Shown here one piece after another: positions 37,414 through 47,791 of a stretch of DNA of 64,000 nucleotides; the stretch's first letter is position 1, and the number at the start of each line of letters is the position of its first letter. Source of the stretch: Myxococcota bacterium. GTDB taxonomy: Bacteria; Myxococcota_A; UBA9160; UBA6930. The position numbers and the translations under genes are program-made. Location: NCBI GenBank assembly GCA_965223705.1, contig OZ245015.1, positions 1,504,001 to 1,568,000 of the forward strand, in the 5' to 3' direction. A model generated the notes under the pieces. The model was not told the origin of the DNA. It saw only the letters and a program-made list of their open reading frames with translations, and made no database searches.

Positions 37414-39279
37414 GTGGCCCGAGCCCAGGTAGAGAAGGACGGGACCGGCAAGTCCGGCTCCTGGCTCGTGGTCGTCGCCCTTTGGTTGATTGCGGGTGCC
37501 GTAGCGGCCGCGCAGTTCGACCTCCGTCGGACGGAGCCGTTTGAGCAGCTTCGGGTGTCTCTCGCCCAGGCCCTCGGCCTCGAGCTGACAACCGGGCCCG
37601 TCCACCTCGATCTGGTCACCGCTCAGGGCTTGGTGATTCACAACTTCGAGATTCAGCTCGGGAGCTTCCGCCTGCGCGTTCCCCGTGCCGTCGTGCGCCC
37701 GACCTGGAGCAGCCTCGACGGACCGGAGCTGCGTCCCTCGATTCACGCGCACGGGTTCGATGTGTACGTCGACGCGGACAACTCCGCTGAAGCATTCTTG
37801 CGCCTCAAGGAACTCCTCGAGCTGGCCCATTTTCCCGACGCGAAGCTCGCACTCACCCGCGGCTCCGTGCGGTTGGCGAACGGGGACGAGGTCATGCGCG
37901 GCGTCCGCTTCCGCTTGGACGGGACGACGTCCCGTCCGCACTTGCGAGCGCGCGCGCGGACATCGCGCGGCGGACGCATCGACTTGCGCGGCGAGCGCAA
38001 TCCCGACGGCGCGTTGTTCGTGCATGCCTATCCGGAAGGGGTGCCGGTCGCGGATGTCTCCAGTTGGCTCGACAGTGCCGGCGTGGGTATGCCCGAGCGC
38101 TGGGAATGGCCCGAGGTCCCGGTCGCGGTCACCGGGCGTTGGCACATAGAGCTCGGAACCCACGGATCTGTCGCGCACGACTTCGACCTGGCCGTCGAAG
38201 GCAACGTCGTTCCGATCGCCCTCGACGTGACCGGAGAAGTGCGTACGGAGAACGAGAAGTTCGTTCCCGGCGGGCAGATCGAAGTTGTCGGCCGGGTCGG
38301 ACGGCTCCGCGGGGCGCAGCCCGCCGGGGCGTCCACGGATCCGGCTTCGATGTTGGTTTCGGGGCCGGTTCGGTTCGAGCTGCGCCCATCCGGTCGCGTC
38401 GATGCTCCCGAACTCCACGGGCTCGTGAACCTGGACGACGCCCATCTGCGCCTCTCGGACACCTTGCGAAAAGTGTGCGGCTCGCCCGCGCGGTTGAATT
38501 TCTCGAGCCAGCCCATCGGCGGTGTTCGCGTTTCGAACCTGGGGCTCGAGCTCGGCGCGCTTCGCGTGCGCGCGAAAAAAGTCGGTGACGATCCGCTGAT
38601 CGCGGAATCCGAGTGGGTCGAGGCAGCGGAACTCGCCGAGCTCCTTCCGGTACTGAGGGGCCGCGCGCATGCGGGTCGCCTGCGCTTGGCCTCTTCCGAG
38701 TTCCGCGACTGGACGGAGCTTGACGGACGCGTCGAGTTTGACGGTGTCGCGCTCGCCGGACGTCGCACGCCGATTCGCATCGACGGCATCGAGGGATCGG
38801 CGGACATCGGGCCCAACGGCTTCCGGGCTCGGCACCTCTTGGGAAACATTTCCGGTGTTCCCGTCACCGCTTCACTCAATGTCGAGCCGGGTGGTGACGA
38901 GGCGCGCGCCAAGGTCCGTCTCGATCTTCACGCCGCGGAAATCGACCTCGAGCGCTTGGGCATGCCGCTCGGAGCCGGCTCCGACGGGGAGCTCTCCCCG
39001 GAATCGATCGTGGCGGCTGCCGAGGCTCCCGTTACGCTCCTGCGCGAGCAGCGCGCCCGGGTCGATCGCGTCCTCGTCGAACGGGCTCGAGTGCGGGTCG
39101 ACCGACTCCGAAGTGGATCATCTCAGGTGCGGAAACTCGATCTCGTTCTGGCGTTGCGCTCCCTCCGTCTCGAACTCAAGCGAGCGCGGTTCGCCATCGG
39201 CGGCGAGACCTTCCAATACGCGGGGATGATCGACTTGAACCCCCTGGTTCCCGAGGTCCGAATCGCCGCAGCTCCCTAA
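37414..39279 (+). CDS. Membrane-anchored beta-rich protein, AsmA-like
   Basis: N-terminal TM followed by beta-strand-rich sequence (LDLHAAEIDLERL); GGAGG before GTG. Confidence 0.55.
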   Translation: MARAQVEKDGTGKSGSWLVVVALWLIAGAVAAAQFDLRRTEPFEQLRVSLAQALGLELTTGPVHLDLVTAQGLVIHNFEIQLGSFRLRVPRAVVRPTWSSLDGPELRPSIHAHGFDVYVDADNSAEAFLRLKELLELAHFPDAKLALTRGSVRLANGDEVMRGVRFRLDGTTSRPHLRARARTSRGGRIDLRGERNPDGALFVHAYPEGVPVADVSSWLDSAGVGMPERWEWPEVPVAVTGRWHIELGTHGSVAHDFDLAVEGNVVPIALDVTGEVRTENEKFVPGGQIEVVGRVGRLRGAQPAGASTDPASMLVSGPVRFELRPSGRVDAPELHGLVNLDDAHLRLSDTLRKVCGSPARLNFSSQPIGGVRVSNLGLELGALRVRAKKVGDDPLIAESEWVEAAELAELLPVLRGRAHAGRLRLASSEFRDWTELDGRVEFDGVALAGRRTPIRIDGIEGSADIGPNGFRARHLLGNISGVPVTASLNVEPGGDEARAKVRLDLHAAEIDLERLGMPLGAGSDGELSPESIVAAAEAPVTLLREQRARVDRVLVERARVRVDRLRSGSSQVRKLDLVLALRSLRLELKRARFAIGGETFQYAGMIDLNPLVPEVRIAAAP

Positions 39280-39428
39280 GGAGCCTGTGAAAGAAGACGG
39301 CTTCCGCCGCCGTGCGCGGACGGGCTGGACGTCGCGAGGTCTGGGTCTCGGAAAAGCGGGCTCCGGGCCCGGCTCGACGGTTCCGAGGACCGACGCTAGT
39401 GTCCCGGCCGCAACAGCCGAGGACCTCC

Positions 39429-39602
39429 ATGTCACAGCCTTCTGACGGTTCCACCCACAGCGACACTTCCCAAGACGACGGCCCTGGCGGAAAGGTCGAT
39501 CTCGTGGCGGTGCTCTACATCCTGGGTGGCATCCCGGCGATGGCGGCGTTCTTTGTCGGGCTCTTCGCGTTGGTGCGCATGTTCCCGAGTATCCCGGCCT
39601 AG
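39429..39602 (+). CDS. 57-aa small membrane protein
   Basis: GAGGA RBS; acidic N-terminus followed by hydrophobic VAVLYILGGIPAMAAFFVGLFALV. Confidence 0.6.
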   Translation: MSQPSDGSTHSDTSQDDGPGGKVDLVAVLYILGGIPAMAAFFVGLFALVRMFPSIPA

Positions 39603-39797
39603 ACCCTTTCCAGAATTCTCCACGAATCGTTCGCATTTCGTCTTCCGGCGCATCGCCGGCGCACTGCACCTTCGGGCGCGCGCAGCTGGTCGCGCAACGA
39701 GGGCGCAGCACGGACGTTTTTGGAAGGTCGCATAAAAATTGTATTGAAAATGACACGTAGCAATAAAGACTCGTAGCGTTTATCCGAACAGTGGGGT

Positions 39798-40541
39798 GTG
39801 ACCAGAAACACCCACACTTCGGCCGCGCGACGGGTTCTTCACAACGCTTTGCTGGCGGTTGTTTGCGTCGGACTCTTCGGATGCGCGAGCGTGGGCCGCC
39901 TCGGGCAAAGTTTCTCCTACGGTTATTTTTCGCCGGCGCCTCCGGACGATCTCTGGAGTCCCAAGATCCGCGCGTGGCAGGCCCGAGAGCGGGCGGACCT
40001 CGCGGCGGCGAGGAGCGAAAGCGCACCGGCACCGGTATCGGGTGCCGGTAGGGACACGCTCTTTCGTTCGCGGGACGAGCTGCGCCAGCGATACAACGAA
40101 AAGCGACGGTCGGTAGGCCGGCAGCACCGGGAAGGCGCAGAGCACAAAACCGCCAAGAATCTCGCTCGGTGGGTGCAGAAGCTCTCTGCGGATCACTACA
40201 TCCCCGATGGCGCGGTCGATCACTGGGCGACCCTCGAGGAGACCCTCGAGCGAGGCGGGGACGACTGTGACGGGCTCGAGCTTCTGACGTATCACCTGCT
40301 TCGCGATCTCGGCTTCGGTCTCGACCGGGTCTACCGGGCGATCGTTCACCGTCCGTCGGACGGCCAACACCATATGGTGACGCTCTGGTTCGAAGACCTC
40401 GACGACCCGTGGGTGCTCGACCCGACCGGCGCGATGACCGATGGCATGCCTCGTATGTCCGACGTGCCCGCGTGGGTCCCGCTCAAGGTATTCGGCCTGA
40501 GGCGGGATTTCACCGTCACCCGCGCCGAGCACCGTCTCTAG
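39798..40541 (+). CDS. Transglutaminase-like cysteine peptidase (BTLCP/LapG-like), lipoprotein
   Basis: LFGC lipobox; DHWAT..ET...GGDDCD...HHMV...WVLDP (Cys-His-Asp triad). Confidence 0.75.
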   Translation: MTRNTHTSAARRVLHNALLAVVCVGLFGCASVGRLGQSFSYGYFSPAPPDDLWSPKIRAWQARERADLAAARSESAPAPVSGAGRDTLFRSRDELRQRYNEKRRSVGRQHREGAEHKTAKNLARWVQKLSADHYIPDGAVDHWATLEETLERGGDDCDGLELLTYHLLRDLGFGLDRVYRAIVHRPSDGQHHMVTLWFEDLDDPWVLDPTGAMTDGMPRMSDVPAWVPLKVFGLRRDFTVTRAEHRL

Positions 40542-40574
40542 CTCACCCCCGCGCGGCGGCTAGACTGCCGCGCC

Positions 40575-41564
40575 ATGAAGTCGTGGCGAGCGCAACTCGC
40601 ATGGCCGCTTGTCGCCCTGACGTTAACGCTTGCTGCGTGCAGCGGGGGCGGCGAGGGCACCGCGTCGTTTCGCGTCGCGCTGCTGACACCGGGCAGCGTC
40701 GCCGACGGCGGCTGGAACCAAGGCGCTTACGAGGGGCTACAGCGGATCGAGCGTGAGCTCGACGCGCGCGTTTCCAACGTCGAGACGACGACACCCGCCG
40801 AATTTTACGAAGCGTTCCGCGGCTATGCCGCCGACGGCTTCCAACTGATTTTCGGGCACGGATTTGAGTACCAGGAAGCCGCGGCGCGCGCCGCCGCCGA
40901 GTTTCCGGACGCCATCTTCGTGACGACGTCGGGCAACACCCTCCGCGAGAACCTGGCGCCGATGGTGTTCGCGCTGGAAGAAGCGACCTACCTGTGCGGA
41001 ATCCTCGGAGCGCGCCTCGGCGGCGGGCGGCTGCTCGGGTTGGTCGGCGGCATCGACCTCCCTTCGATACGCAGCACGTTTACCGCGTTCGAAGCGGGCG
41101 CCCAGGCCGCTCGGCCGGGAATCGAAGTCCGCCGGGTGTTCCTCGGGAATTTCGATGACAGCGCTGCCGCGCGGGAGGCGGCCACTGCACTGCTTCACGC
41201 AGGCGCGGGTTTCCTGATGCATCAGGCGAACGATGCCGGTCGCGGTGTCTTTGAGGCCGCGCGAGAGGCCGGCGTGCTCGCGTGCGGAACAAACCGCGAC
41301 CAGAGCGCGCTCGCGCCCGGGGTCGTCGTCGCGTCCGCCGTTTTGGATCTGCCGTCGGCATTTCTCAGCGTCGGGCGCGAGGTGGCCGAGGGAACGTTCA
41401 CCGCCGAGGCGAAACGCCTGGGCATGAACGACGGCGTCGTCTCGTTCGTCTGGAACCCCGCGCTCTCGGAACGGGTTCCCGAGTCGGTGCGGGAAGAGAT
41501 CGCCTCGGCCGAGGCGGAGATTCGTGCCGGTGAATTGGCCGTGCCACGGCTCGGCGGTTCGTGA
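40575..41564 (+). CDS. BMP-family ABC substrate-binding lipoprotein (nucleoside type)
   Basis: LAAC lipobox; DGGWNQGAYEGL, GHGFEY, GNFDD. Confidence 0.9.
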   Translation: MKSWRAQLAWPLVALTLTLAACSGGGEGTASFRVALLTPGSVADGGWNQGAYEGLQRIERELDARVSNVETTTPAEFYEAFRGYAADGFQLIFGHGFEYQEAAARAAAEFPDAIFVTTSGNTLRENLAPMVFALEEATYLCGILGARLGGGRLLGLVGGIDLPSIRSTFTAFEAGAQAARPGIEVRRVFLGNFDDSAAAREAATALLHAGAGFLMHQANDAGRGVFEAAREAGVLACGTNRDQSALAPGVVVASAVLDLPSAFLSVGREVAEGTFTAEAKRLGMNDGVVSFVWNPALSERVPESVREEIASAEAEIRAGELAVPRLGGS

Positions 41565-43078
41565 ACGCTCCCATCGCCGAGCTCCGCGGCGTGACGAAAG
41601 CGTTCGGGCTTCCGGAGAACGTCCGACCCGCGCTGAAAGACATCGACTTCGAATGTCGCGCCGGGGAAATTCACGCCCTCGTCGGTGAAAACGGCGCCGG
41701 GAAATCGACCCTGGTCGGCGTGCTCGCGGGCATGGTGAACCCCGATCGCGGGGAGGTCATCTTCGGTGGGCACGCCGTGTCGCCCGCCGACCGTTCGCCG
41801 CGGACCTCCCGGGCGGCGGGGATCGCCGCGGTGTTTCAGCACGAGACGTTGGTCCCCACGTTGCGGGTGTCGGAGAACCTCGCGTTCGGCACAGACCCTG
41901 GCTTCTACAGCGAGTCGGCCAAGTGCCGCGAGATCCGCGAGCTGTGCGATCGCTTCCGCCTCGAGATCGATCCGAGTCGAAGAGTTGGTGACATGTCGGC
42001 CGGTGAACGCCAACGCGCCGAGCTCCTGCGCGCATTGTCGCGCGGCGCGAAGCTGCTTCTACTCGACGAGCCCACCGCGGTCCTTGCGCCGGCGGAAGTC
42101 GAGATCTTGCTCGGTGTGATGCGAAGGCTTCGAGAGGACGGCTGCGGCATTGTCCTCGTGTCGCATCGCCTCCCGGAAGTCCGCGAGGTTGCGGATCGCG
42201 TCACGGTGCTGCGGGCCGGCGAACGTGTCGGCGAGCAGCGAGCACCTCATTTCGATATTTCCGAGATCGCGCGGCTCATGGTCGGTGAGGTCCCGCCGAC
42301 GCCGATTTCTCGAAAAGGCGCGCCCAGGCCGACCGGTGACCCCGTTCTTTCCCTCGACCGAGTTTCGACGGAAGGCACGACGCGACGCAGCGCCCTACGC
42401 GAGCTTTCCCTAGCGGTCGAAGCCGGCGAAATCGTCGGAGTCGCCGGAATCGAAGGGAACGGGCAACTCGAACTCGAGGAGCTGCTCGTCGGCGAACGGG
42501 CCGCGCTCTCGGGCCGTGTCCTCGTGCACGGCGAACCGATCAAGCCTTCCGTCCGGGCTTTGCGGGCGCGCGGAGTGGCGGAACTGGCGAGCGATCGCAC
42601 AGGCCTTTTGCCGGGCTTCTCGGTGGCGTTGAACCTCGTCGCGAAAGCGTCCTACGACCACGGGCGTTTTTTCTCCCGGTGGCAGATCCACATGCGCGAA
42701 ATTATCGAACACGCCTACGGAATGATCGCGGCTTTCGGGATTCGGCCGCAGACGCCTCTCGCCGACGTCATGTCGCTCTCGGGCGGAAACGCCCAGAAGG
42801 TCGCCGTCGCGAGAGAATTCGACGAGGCGAAGAGCATGCTCATCGCGTTCCATCCCACGCGCGGTCTGGATTTCGCGGCCGCCGGATTCGTTCGCAACCG
42901 GATCGCACAAGCGAGGAATCGCGGGCTGGCGGTGCTGTTGGTCTCCGCCGACCTCGACGAATTGTTCCTTCTCGCCGATCGCATGGAGGTGTTGTCGGGC
43001 GGCCGGTTGACACCGGTCCCCGACGGTGGGACACGCGAAGAAATCGGCGAACTCATGCTCTCGGGTGGGGTCGAGTGA
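41561..43078 (+). CDS. ABC importer ATPase (two NBDs)
   Basis: GENGAGKST, LDEPTAVL, GVAGIEGNGQ, LSGGNAQK, PTRGLD. Confidence 0.93.
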   Translation: MNAPIAELRGVTKAFGLPENVRPALKDIDFECRAGEIHALVGENGAGKSTLVGVLAGMVNPDRGEVIFGGHAVSPADRSPRTSRAAGIAAVFQHETLVPTLRVSENLAFGTDPGFYSESAKCREIRELCDRFRLEIDPSRRVGDMSAGERQRAELLRALSRGAKLLLLDEPTAVLAPAEVEILLGVMRRLREDGCGIVLVSHRLPEVREVADRVTVLRAGERVGEQRAPHFDISEIARLMVGEVPPTPISRKGAPRPTGDPVLSLDRVSTEGTTRRSALRELSLAVEAGEIVGVAGIEGNGQLELEELLVGERAALSGRVLVHGEPIKPSVRALRARGVAELASDRTGLLPGFSVALNLVAKASYDHGRFFSRWQIHMREIIEHAYGMIAAFGIRPQTPLADVMSLSGGNAQKVAVAREFDEAKSMLIAFHPTRGLDFAAAGFVRNRIAQARNRGLAVLLVSADLDELFLLADRMEVLSGGRLTPVPDGGTREEIGELMLSGGVE

Positions 43079-44103
43079 ACCTCGTCGCGACGGACGATGC
43101 CCGCGGGGCGGTCGGCGCCGCGGCGATTCCCGCGGTTGCCTTGGGCTGCGCGGCGCTGGTCATCGCACTGTTCGGACACGATCCGTTGCGCGCACTGGCG
43201 GCGCTCTTCGTCGGCGCGTTCGGTTCGTCCGCAGGTTGGACCGTGACGTTGCAGAAAGCGGCACCGCTCCTCATCTGTGGTGTGGCCGTGTGTTTGGCGT
43301 TCCGCGCTGGCGTCTGGAACATCGGGGCCGAAGGACAGCTCTACATCGGCGCCTTGGCCGCGACCGCGTTTGCCACGCGTGTCGTCGGTGACTCGGCTTC
43401 GGTCTGGTGGACGCTTCCGCTCGTCGCTTCGGCCGGCGCGCTCGGCGGCGCGCTGTGGGCCGCCTTGGCGGCGGTCTTGCGGTACGGGCGCGGTGTGAAC
43501 GAAGTGATCGCGACGATTCTTCTCAACTTCGTCGCGATCCAGTTGGTCGCTTGGGCAGTCTTGGGGCCGCTCGCCGAAGCCGCTGGCACGTATCCCCAGA
43601 GCGATGCACTTCCCGAGGCTACGCGCCTTCCGAAATTGCTGCGTCTGCACTTGGGCGTCCCCTTGGCGATGACGATCGCGATGGGCGCCGCCGCGTTTCT
43701 CCACGCCACACCGGCCGGGTTTCGACTGCGCGCGGTCGGTGCCTCAGCGAAGAGCGCCTCACGCCTGGGCATGTCCCCGAAGCGGATCGGAGGGGCGGCG
43801 CTCGTCGCGTCGGGCTTGTTGGCCGGCCTCGCCGGCGCGTTCGAGATCATGGGCGTGACAGGGCGACTGTTCGCCGACTTCTCTCCGGGCACCGGCTACA
43901 CCGCAATCGCCGTGGCGCTCCTCGCGCGGCTTTCTCCGACCGGTGCGATGGCGACGGCGCTCCTCTTCGGGGGGCTCGAAGCGGGGGCGGCTTCGATGCA
44001 GCGCAACGCGGGTGTCCCGGCGGACATCGCCTTCGTCGTCCAGGGTGTCGTCGTTCTCGGAACCGCCTGGAGCGTCACCATGGTCAGCCGCAGGGACGCG
44101 TGA
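43075..44103 (+). CDS. ABC importer permease
   Basis: FRAGVWNIGAEGQ, NEVIATILLN, GYTAIAVALL. Confidence 0.9.
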   Translation: MNLVATDDARGAVGAAAIPAVALGCAALVIALFGHDPLRALAALFVGAFGSSAGWTVTLQKAAPLLICGVAVCLAFRAGVWNIGAEGQLYIGALAATAFATRVVGDSASVWWTLPLVASAGALGGALWAALAAVLRYGRGVNEVIATILLNFVAIQLVAWAVLGPLAEAAGTYPQSDALPEATRLPKLLRLHLGVPLAMTIAMGAAAFLHATPAGFRLRAVGASAKSASRLGMSPKRIGGAALVASGLLAGLAGAFEIMGVTGRLFADFSPGTGYTAIAVALLARLSPTGAMATALLFGGLEAGAASMQRNAGVPADIAFVVQGVVVLGTAWSVTMVSRRDA

Positions 44104-44966
44104 TGTCGACCGAGTTCGTCGACGCGGCGCTCCGCCTGGCGACGCCGATCTGGATCGCCGCTCTGGGAGAGCTCGTCGTCCAACGATCGGGCGTGATCAA
44201 CATCGGAATCGAGGGGATGATGCTCGCCGGCGCGTTTCTCGCGTATGTCGTGGGCGCGTCGACGGGATCCGTCGGGCTCGGTTGCCTCGCCGGAGCGTCG
44301 GCGGGAGCCTTGCTGGCCGTTCTCTTTGCGGGGCTATGTGTCATCCGCCAGGGCGATCAGATCGTGGCGGGAATGGGGGTCAACCTCGTGGCCCTCGGAC
44401 TGACCGGCGCGGGTTTCGCGAGCTTTTACGGAGCGGCACCTCCCGAAGCGCCGGCGGCATCGCCGATCGCGAGTAGTCAAAGCGGTTATTTCATTTTCGG
44501 CGTCGTGGCCGCCGCCGCGTTGGCCGCATTCTTTCGATGGACGCACACCGGGCTCGCGCTGCGAGCCGTCGGAGATCACGCCCGAGCCGCCGACGCCGAG
44601 GGCGTATCGGTGCCGCACTACCGCGGCGTAGCGATTCTGTTCGGCGGCGTGATGGCCGGTCTCGCGGGAAGCGCGCTGACGCTGTCTCTGACACACGTCT
44701 TCGCGGAAAACATGACCGCGGGCCGCGGCTTCATCGCGTTGGCTGTCGTGATCTTCGGCGGTTGGCGGGGGGGTGGCGTCGCTGCCGCCGCGTGTTTCTT
44801 CGGTGCGCTCCAAGCGCTTCAGTTCCGCTTGCAAGCTGCCGGTTACGACGTCCCGTATCCGCTCTGGCTGGCGCTTCCCTATGCGTTGACCCTCGTGGCC
44901 CTCGCTCTGGCCGCCCGCGCGTCGTCCGCGCCCGCCGAACTCGGTCGGCCGTATCGGCGTGAATAG
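44103..44966 (+). CDS. ABC importer permease
   Basis: RSGVINIGIEGMML, TAGRGFIALAVVIFG, LPYALT. Confidence 0.9.
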   Translation: MSTEFVDAALRLATPIWIAALGELVVQRSGVINIGIEGMMLAGAFLAYVVGASTGSVGLGCLAGASAGALLAVLFAGLCVIRQGDQIVAGMGVNLVALGLTGAGFASFYGAAPPEAPAASPIASSQSGYFIFGVVAAAALAAFFRWTHTGLALRAVGDHARAADAEGVSVPHYRGVAILFGGVMAGLAGSALTLSLTHVFAENMTAGRGFIALAVVIFGGWRGGGVAAAACFFGALQALQFRLQAAGYDVPYPLWLALPYALTLVALALAARASSAPAELGRPYRRE

Positions 44967-45026
44967 GAACGGCAATCGCTACCGCATCCCGGGTGCGGGA
45001 GTTACATTCCGCCCTTCGGGGGGATC

Positions 45027-45572
45027 ATGAGCGACGACGAATCCGGAAACCGGGCCGAGACCCAGGGCAAAGCGCTCGCGCCGCCCGGCACCGCGCTGCA
45101 ACAGCTGCCGGTGTTGGTCAAGCAATCCGACCATCCCTGCTTTTCGTGTGCGATGTGCTGCCACTACGTGGCGCTCGAAATCGACCGCCCGACGACGGCG
45201 AAGGAATATGACTACATCGTCTGGTACCTGATACACCAAGGCGTGAGCGTCTTCGTGGACTGGGAAGACGATTGGTACGTCAAGTTCGAAACCCGCTGCG
45301 AGAACCTGACCGATCAGGGCCTGTGCGGCGTGTACGACGATCGTCCGATCATCTGCCGCGAATTTGATTGGCGCGACTGCGAGAAGAACAATCCGGACGA
45401 TCAGGCGGACAAACTGACGTTCGACAAAGCCGAACAGTTTCTCGAATGGTTGGAGACGAAACGCCCGAAACAGTTCGAGAAATACCTGAAGTGGAAGGCC
45501 AAAAAATCGGCCAAGGGTGAAGAGAAAGAACTCACCCGGGTAGAGGAGGCCGGCGCCGAGAGCGCCGACTGA
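45027..45572 (+). CDS. YkgJ-family cysteine-cluster protein
   Basis: CFSCAMCC...C..L....C.VY..RP.ICR.F. Confidence 0.85.
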   Translation: MSDDESGNRAETQGKALAPPGTALQQLPVLVKQSDHPCFSCAMCCHYVALEIDRPTTAKEYDYIVWYLIHQGVSVFVDWEDDWYVKFETRCENLTDQGLCGVYDDRPIICREFDWRDCEKNNPDDQADKLTFDKAEQFLEWLETKRPKQFEKYLKWKAKKSAKGEEKELTRVEEAGAESAD

Positions 45573-45580
45573 GCGTCCGC

Positions 45581-47668
45581 CTACTCCGCGTCGGGATCCA
45601 CTTTGAGTTCGAGTTCCTTCCGCTGGCGTTCGGCGCGCTCCCGCGCCTCGGCGCGTTCGCGGTCGATCTCGATCTTGAGCTCTCGTCGAGTTTGCTCGAC
45701 CATTTCATCGCTCTCCCGCTTGAGCTCGATCAGACGCCGCTCGAGGAGCTGGTTGCGGCGCGTCACAAACTCCCGCGGCAAGGTCGGCGACGGCGCGTCC
45801 GGGGCGTACTGGAGTGTCACTTCCTCCGTCAAGCTCGAACCGTCGCTCCCGTAAGCGGTCACGCTGACGCGGTTCTTGCCCGCTTCGAGCGGAACCAAAG
45901 CGCTCCAAGAACCATCCGCCTTGATGAGAACCTCTTGCGCATCGGTATTCGCGGTGAGATTTCGAAGCTCGAGACGCTCGACATTGGCGAAGCTCACCGT
46001 ATCGACAATCTCGGTCAATTCGCCCGGGTGTCGCACAGGCGTAAAGTAACCGTCTGTGCGAGCGGCCATTTCGACGGTCGCAACCGGGCCGTCGAGGGCT
46101 TCGGGCCCGATTGCGAACGAGTGAATCGTGATCGACGCGCGCGCCGAGCGATCTGCGGCGCGCAGCACGGCTTTGACGTTTTCGGATTCGAAGACCGGGT
46201 CGTAGGGAAGGGTGGGGCGGCCGTCGGTAAAGAACAGCACGATCTTCTCGCTCGAGGGGTCGGGCTCCGACAACCCGCCGCGCAAGCCGAGCAGCTCGAT
46301 CGTCGCTTGGTCCACGCCCGCGGCCATGTGGGTCATGCCTTGGGGTTTGCGCTCGAGAAGACTCCGCATCGCGCGCTCGATTTTCGCGTAGTCCGACGTG
46401 AGCGGTTCTTCGGTGATCGCCGCCGCACGCCCTTGTCGCGGCGGAAAGCCCGTTCGGGGATCGCCCGCAAACGTGACGAGACCCACACGCGTGCCACGCG
46501 GATCGAATCCACGGAGCATCTGGGTCGCCGCCGCGATCTCCGCCGCGAGGATGGAATCGCCGTCGTCTGCTCGTCCGAACAGGCCGCTCTTACCGACGAC
46601 ACCGTTCTCGTTGATGTCGGTACCGGTCATCTCGTTCGTCGAGCCCGAAGTGTCGACGACGAAGATCACGTCGAACCGGCGGAGGCGACCTTCGAGTGCG
46701 TAGGCCTTCCCTGCGACGAAGGCACCCATGGGATCGCCGATAATCGCGTCATTCGGCGGGTACTCCACCGTTAGCGTAAGCGACACGTCGTCGGGTTCTC
46801 GAGGTTCGGCTCGCGGACCCGCCAGGGTTGGAACGTCGCTGGTTTCTTTCTTGTTGAGACCGGGGGGCAGACCGGGCTGGATCGAGTCGAGCTGCGGTGT
46901 CGCCGGGCCGGCCGCGATGCTGAAGGCCGCTTCCGACGAAGCGAGCTGTGTCGCGAGATGCTCGGTGATATCCGCCGCCCGGGTCAGGCCGAGGCGGTAT
47001 TTTTCCTCGTGGATCCAGGCGGCCTGCAACATGCCGATCAGGCGGCCGTCGTCGTCGAGCGCCGGTGCGCCGCCCCAGCCGCGCAGGTCGACGGATACGT
47101 CGAGATCTACATGGATCCGGTCGGATTCGATCGCCGCTACGATGCCGACGAGATCGTCTTGGTCGGCCGGTACTCCCGCCGGAACGCCGACGATTCGCAC
47201 GCGACTCCCCACTTGAGGATCGCCCTGTGCGGCTTCGAGGATGCCGACATCGGCGGGGGGCGCTTCGAGCGAAAAGCTCACGAGATCTTCGGAGAAGCTG
47301 CCCCCGGGAAGCGAGAACGCTCGCCCCGGTTTCGCGAAGAACCGCGTCGACCGCGCGACTCGGTGCTGGCTCTTGCCCAGCCGGAAGTCGACCATTGGGC
47401 TCAGGGCGAGTTCATCGAACGGGAGCGAGTGCGCCGCGCATACAGCCGCACTACCGACGACATCATCCGTTCGAACGAAGAAACAAGTGCTACCGGCTTG
47501 GGCTCGACCTTCGGCTTCGAATTGGGGGCGGGCGACGAGGATCTCGGGATCGGCGGCAGAGCTCGCGCCCGGGACGAGGCACCCACCCACGAAGATCGTC
47601 GCCGCGAAGAGCGCTCGAAAGCGAGCACGCCGATTGCGCGCACGCCTCCTCTCATCGGACGTGTTCAT
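45581..47668 (-). CDS. Exported multidomain protein: degenerate trypsin-like + vWA + Ig-like + coiled coil
   Basis: ATG 47668 then a hydrophobic signal; MIDAS DTSGS, FFTDG; LEAGKNRVSVTAY. The track's extension to 48586 is the antisense of the amidase. Confidence 0.8.
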   Translation of the reverse strand: MNTSDERRRARNRRARFRALFAATIFVGGCLVPGASSAADPEILVARPQFEAEGRAQAGSTCFFVRTDDVVGSAAVCAAHSLPFDELALSPMVDFRLGKSQHRVARSTRFFAKPGRAFSLPGGSFSEDLVSFSLEAPPADVGILEAAQGDPQVGSRVRIVGVPAGVPADQDDLVGIVAAIESDRIHVDLDVSVDLRGWGGAPALDDDGRLIGMLQAAWIHEEKYRLGLTRAADITEHLATQLASSEAAFSIAAGPATPQLDSIQPGLPPGLNKKETSDVPTLAGPRAEPREPDDVSLTLTVEYPPNDAIIGDPMGAFVAGKAYALEGRLRRFDVIFVVDTSGSTNEMTGTDINENGVVGKSGLFGRADDGDSILAAEIAAATQMLRGFDPRGTRVGLVTFAGDPRTGFPPRQGRAAAITEEPLTSDYAKIERAMRSLLERKPQGMTHMAAGVDQATIELLGLRGGLSEPDPSSEKIVLFFTDGRPTLPYDPVFESENVKAVLRAADRSARASITIHSFAIGPEALDGPVATVEMAARTDGYFTPVRHPGELTEIVDTVSFANVERLELRNLTANTDAQEVLIKADGSWSALVPLEAGKNRVSVTAYGSDGSSLTEEVTLQYAPDAPSPTLPREFVTRRNQLLERRLIELKRESDEMVEQTRRELKIEIDRERAEARERAERQRKELELKVDPDAE

Positions 47669-47791
47669 GAGCTCGCACCTCACCGCTACTTTGATACCGT
47701 AAACCCCGGGGGAGTTTCCGACTTGCTTGGAGAATCGCAGCCTCGAACCGGTCCGGCGAGTCTCGACCTCCGCACGCGACCCTTCCCTTGG

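Noticed and set aside
39798..40541. BTLCP as the RiPP leader protease
   Set aside because: It is an exported lipoprotein about 10 kb away with LapG-type rather than lasso-B2 motifs.
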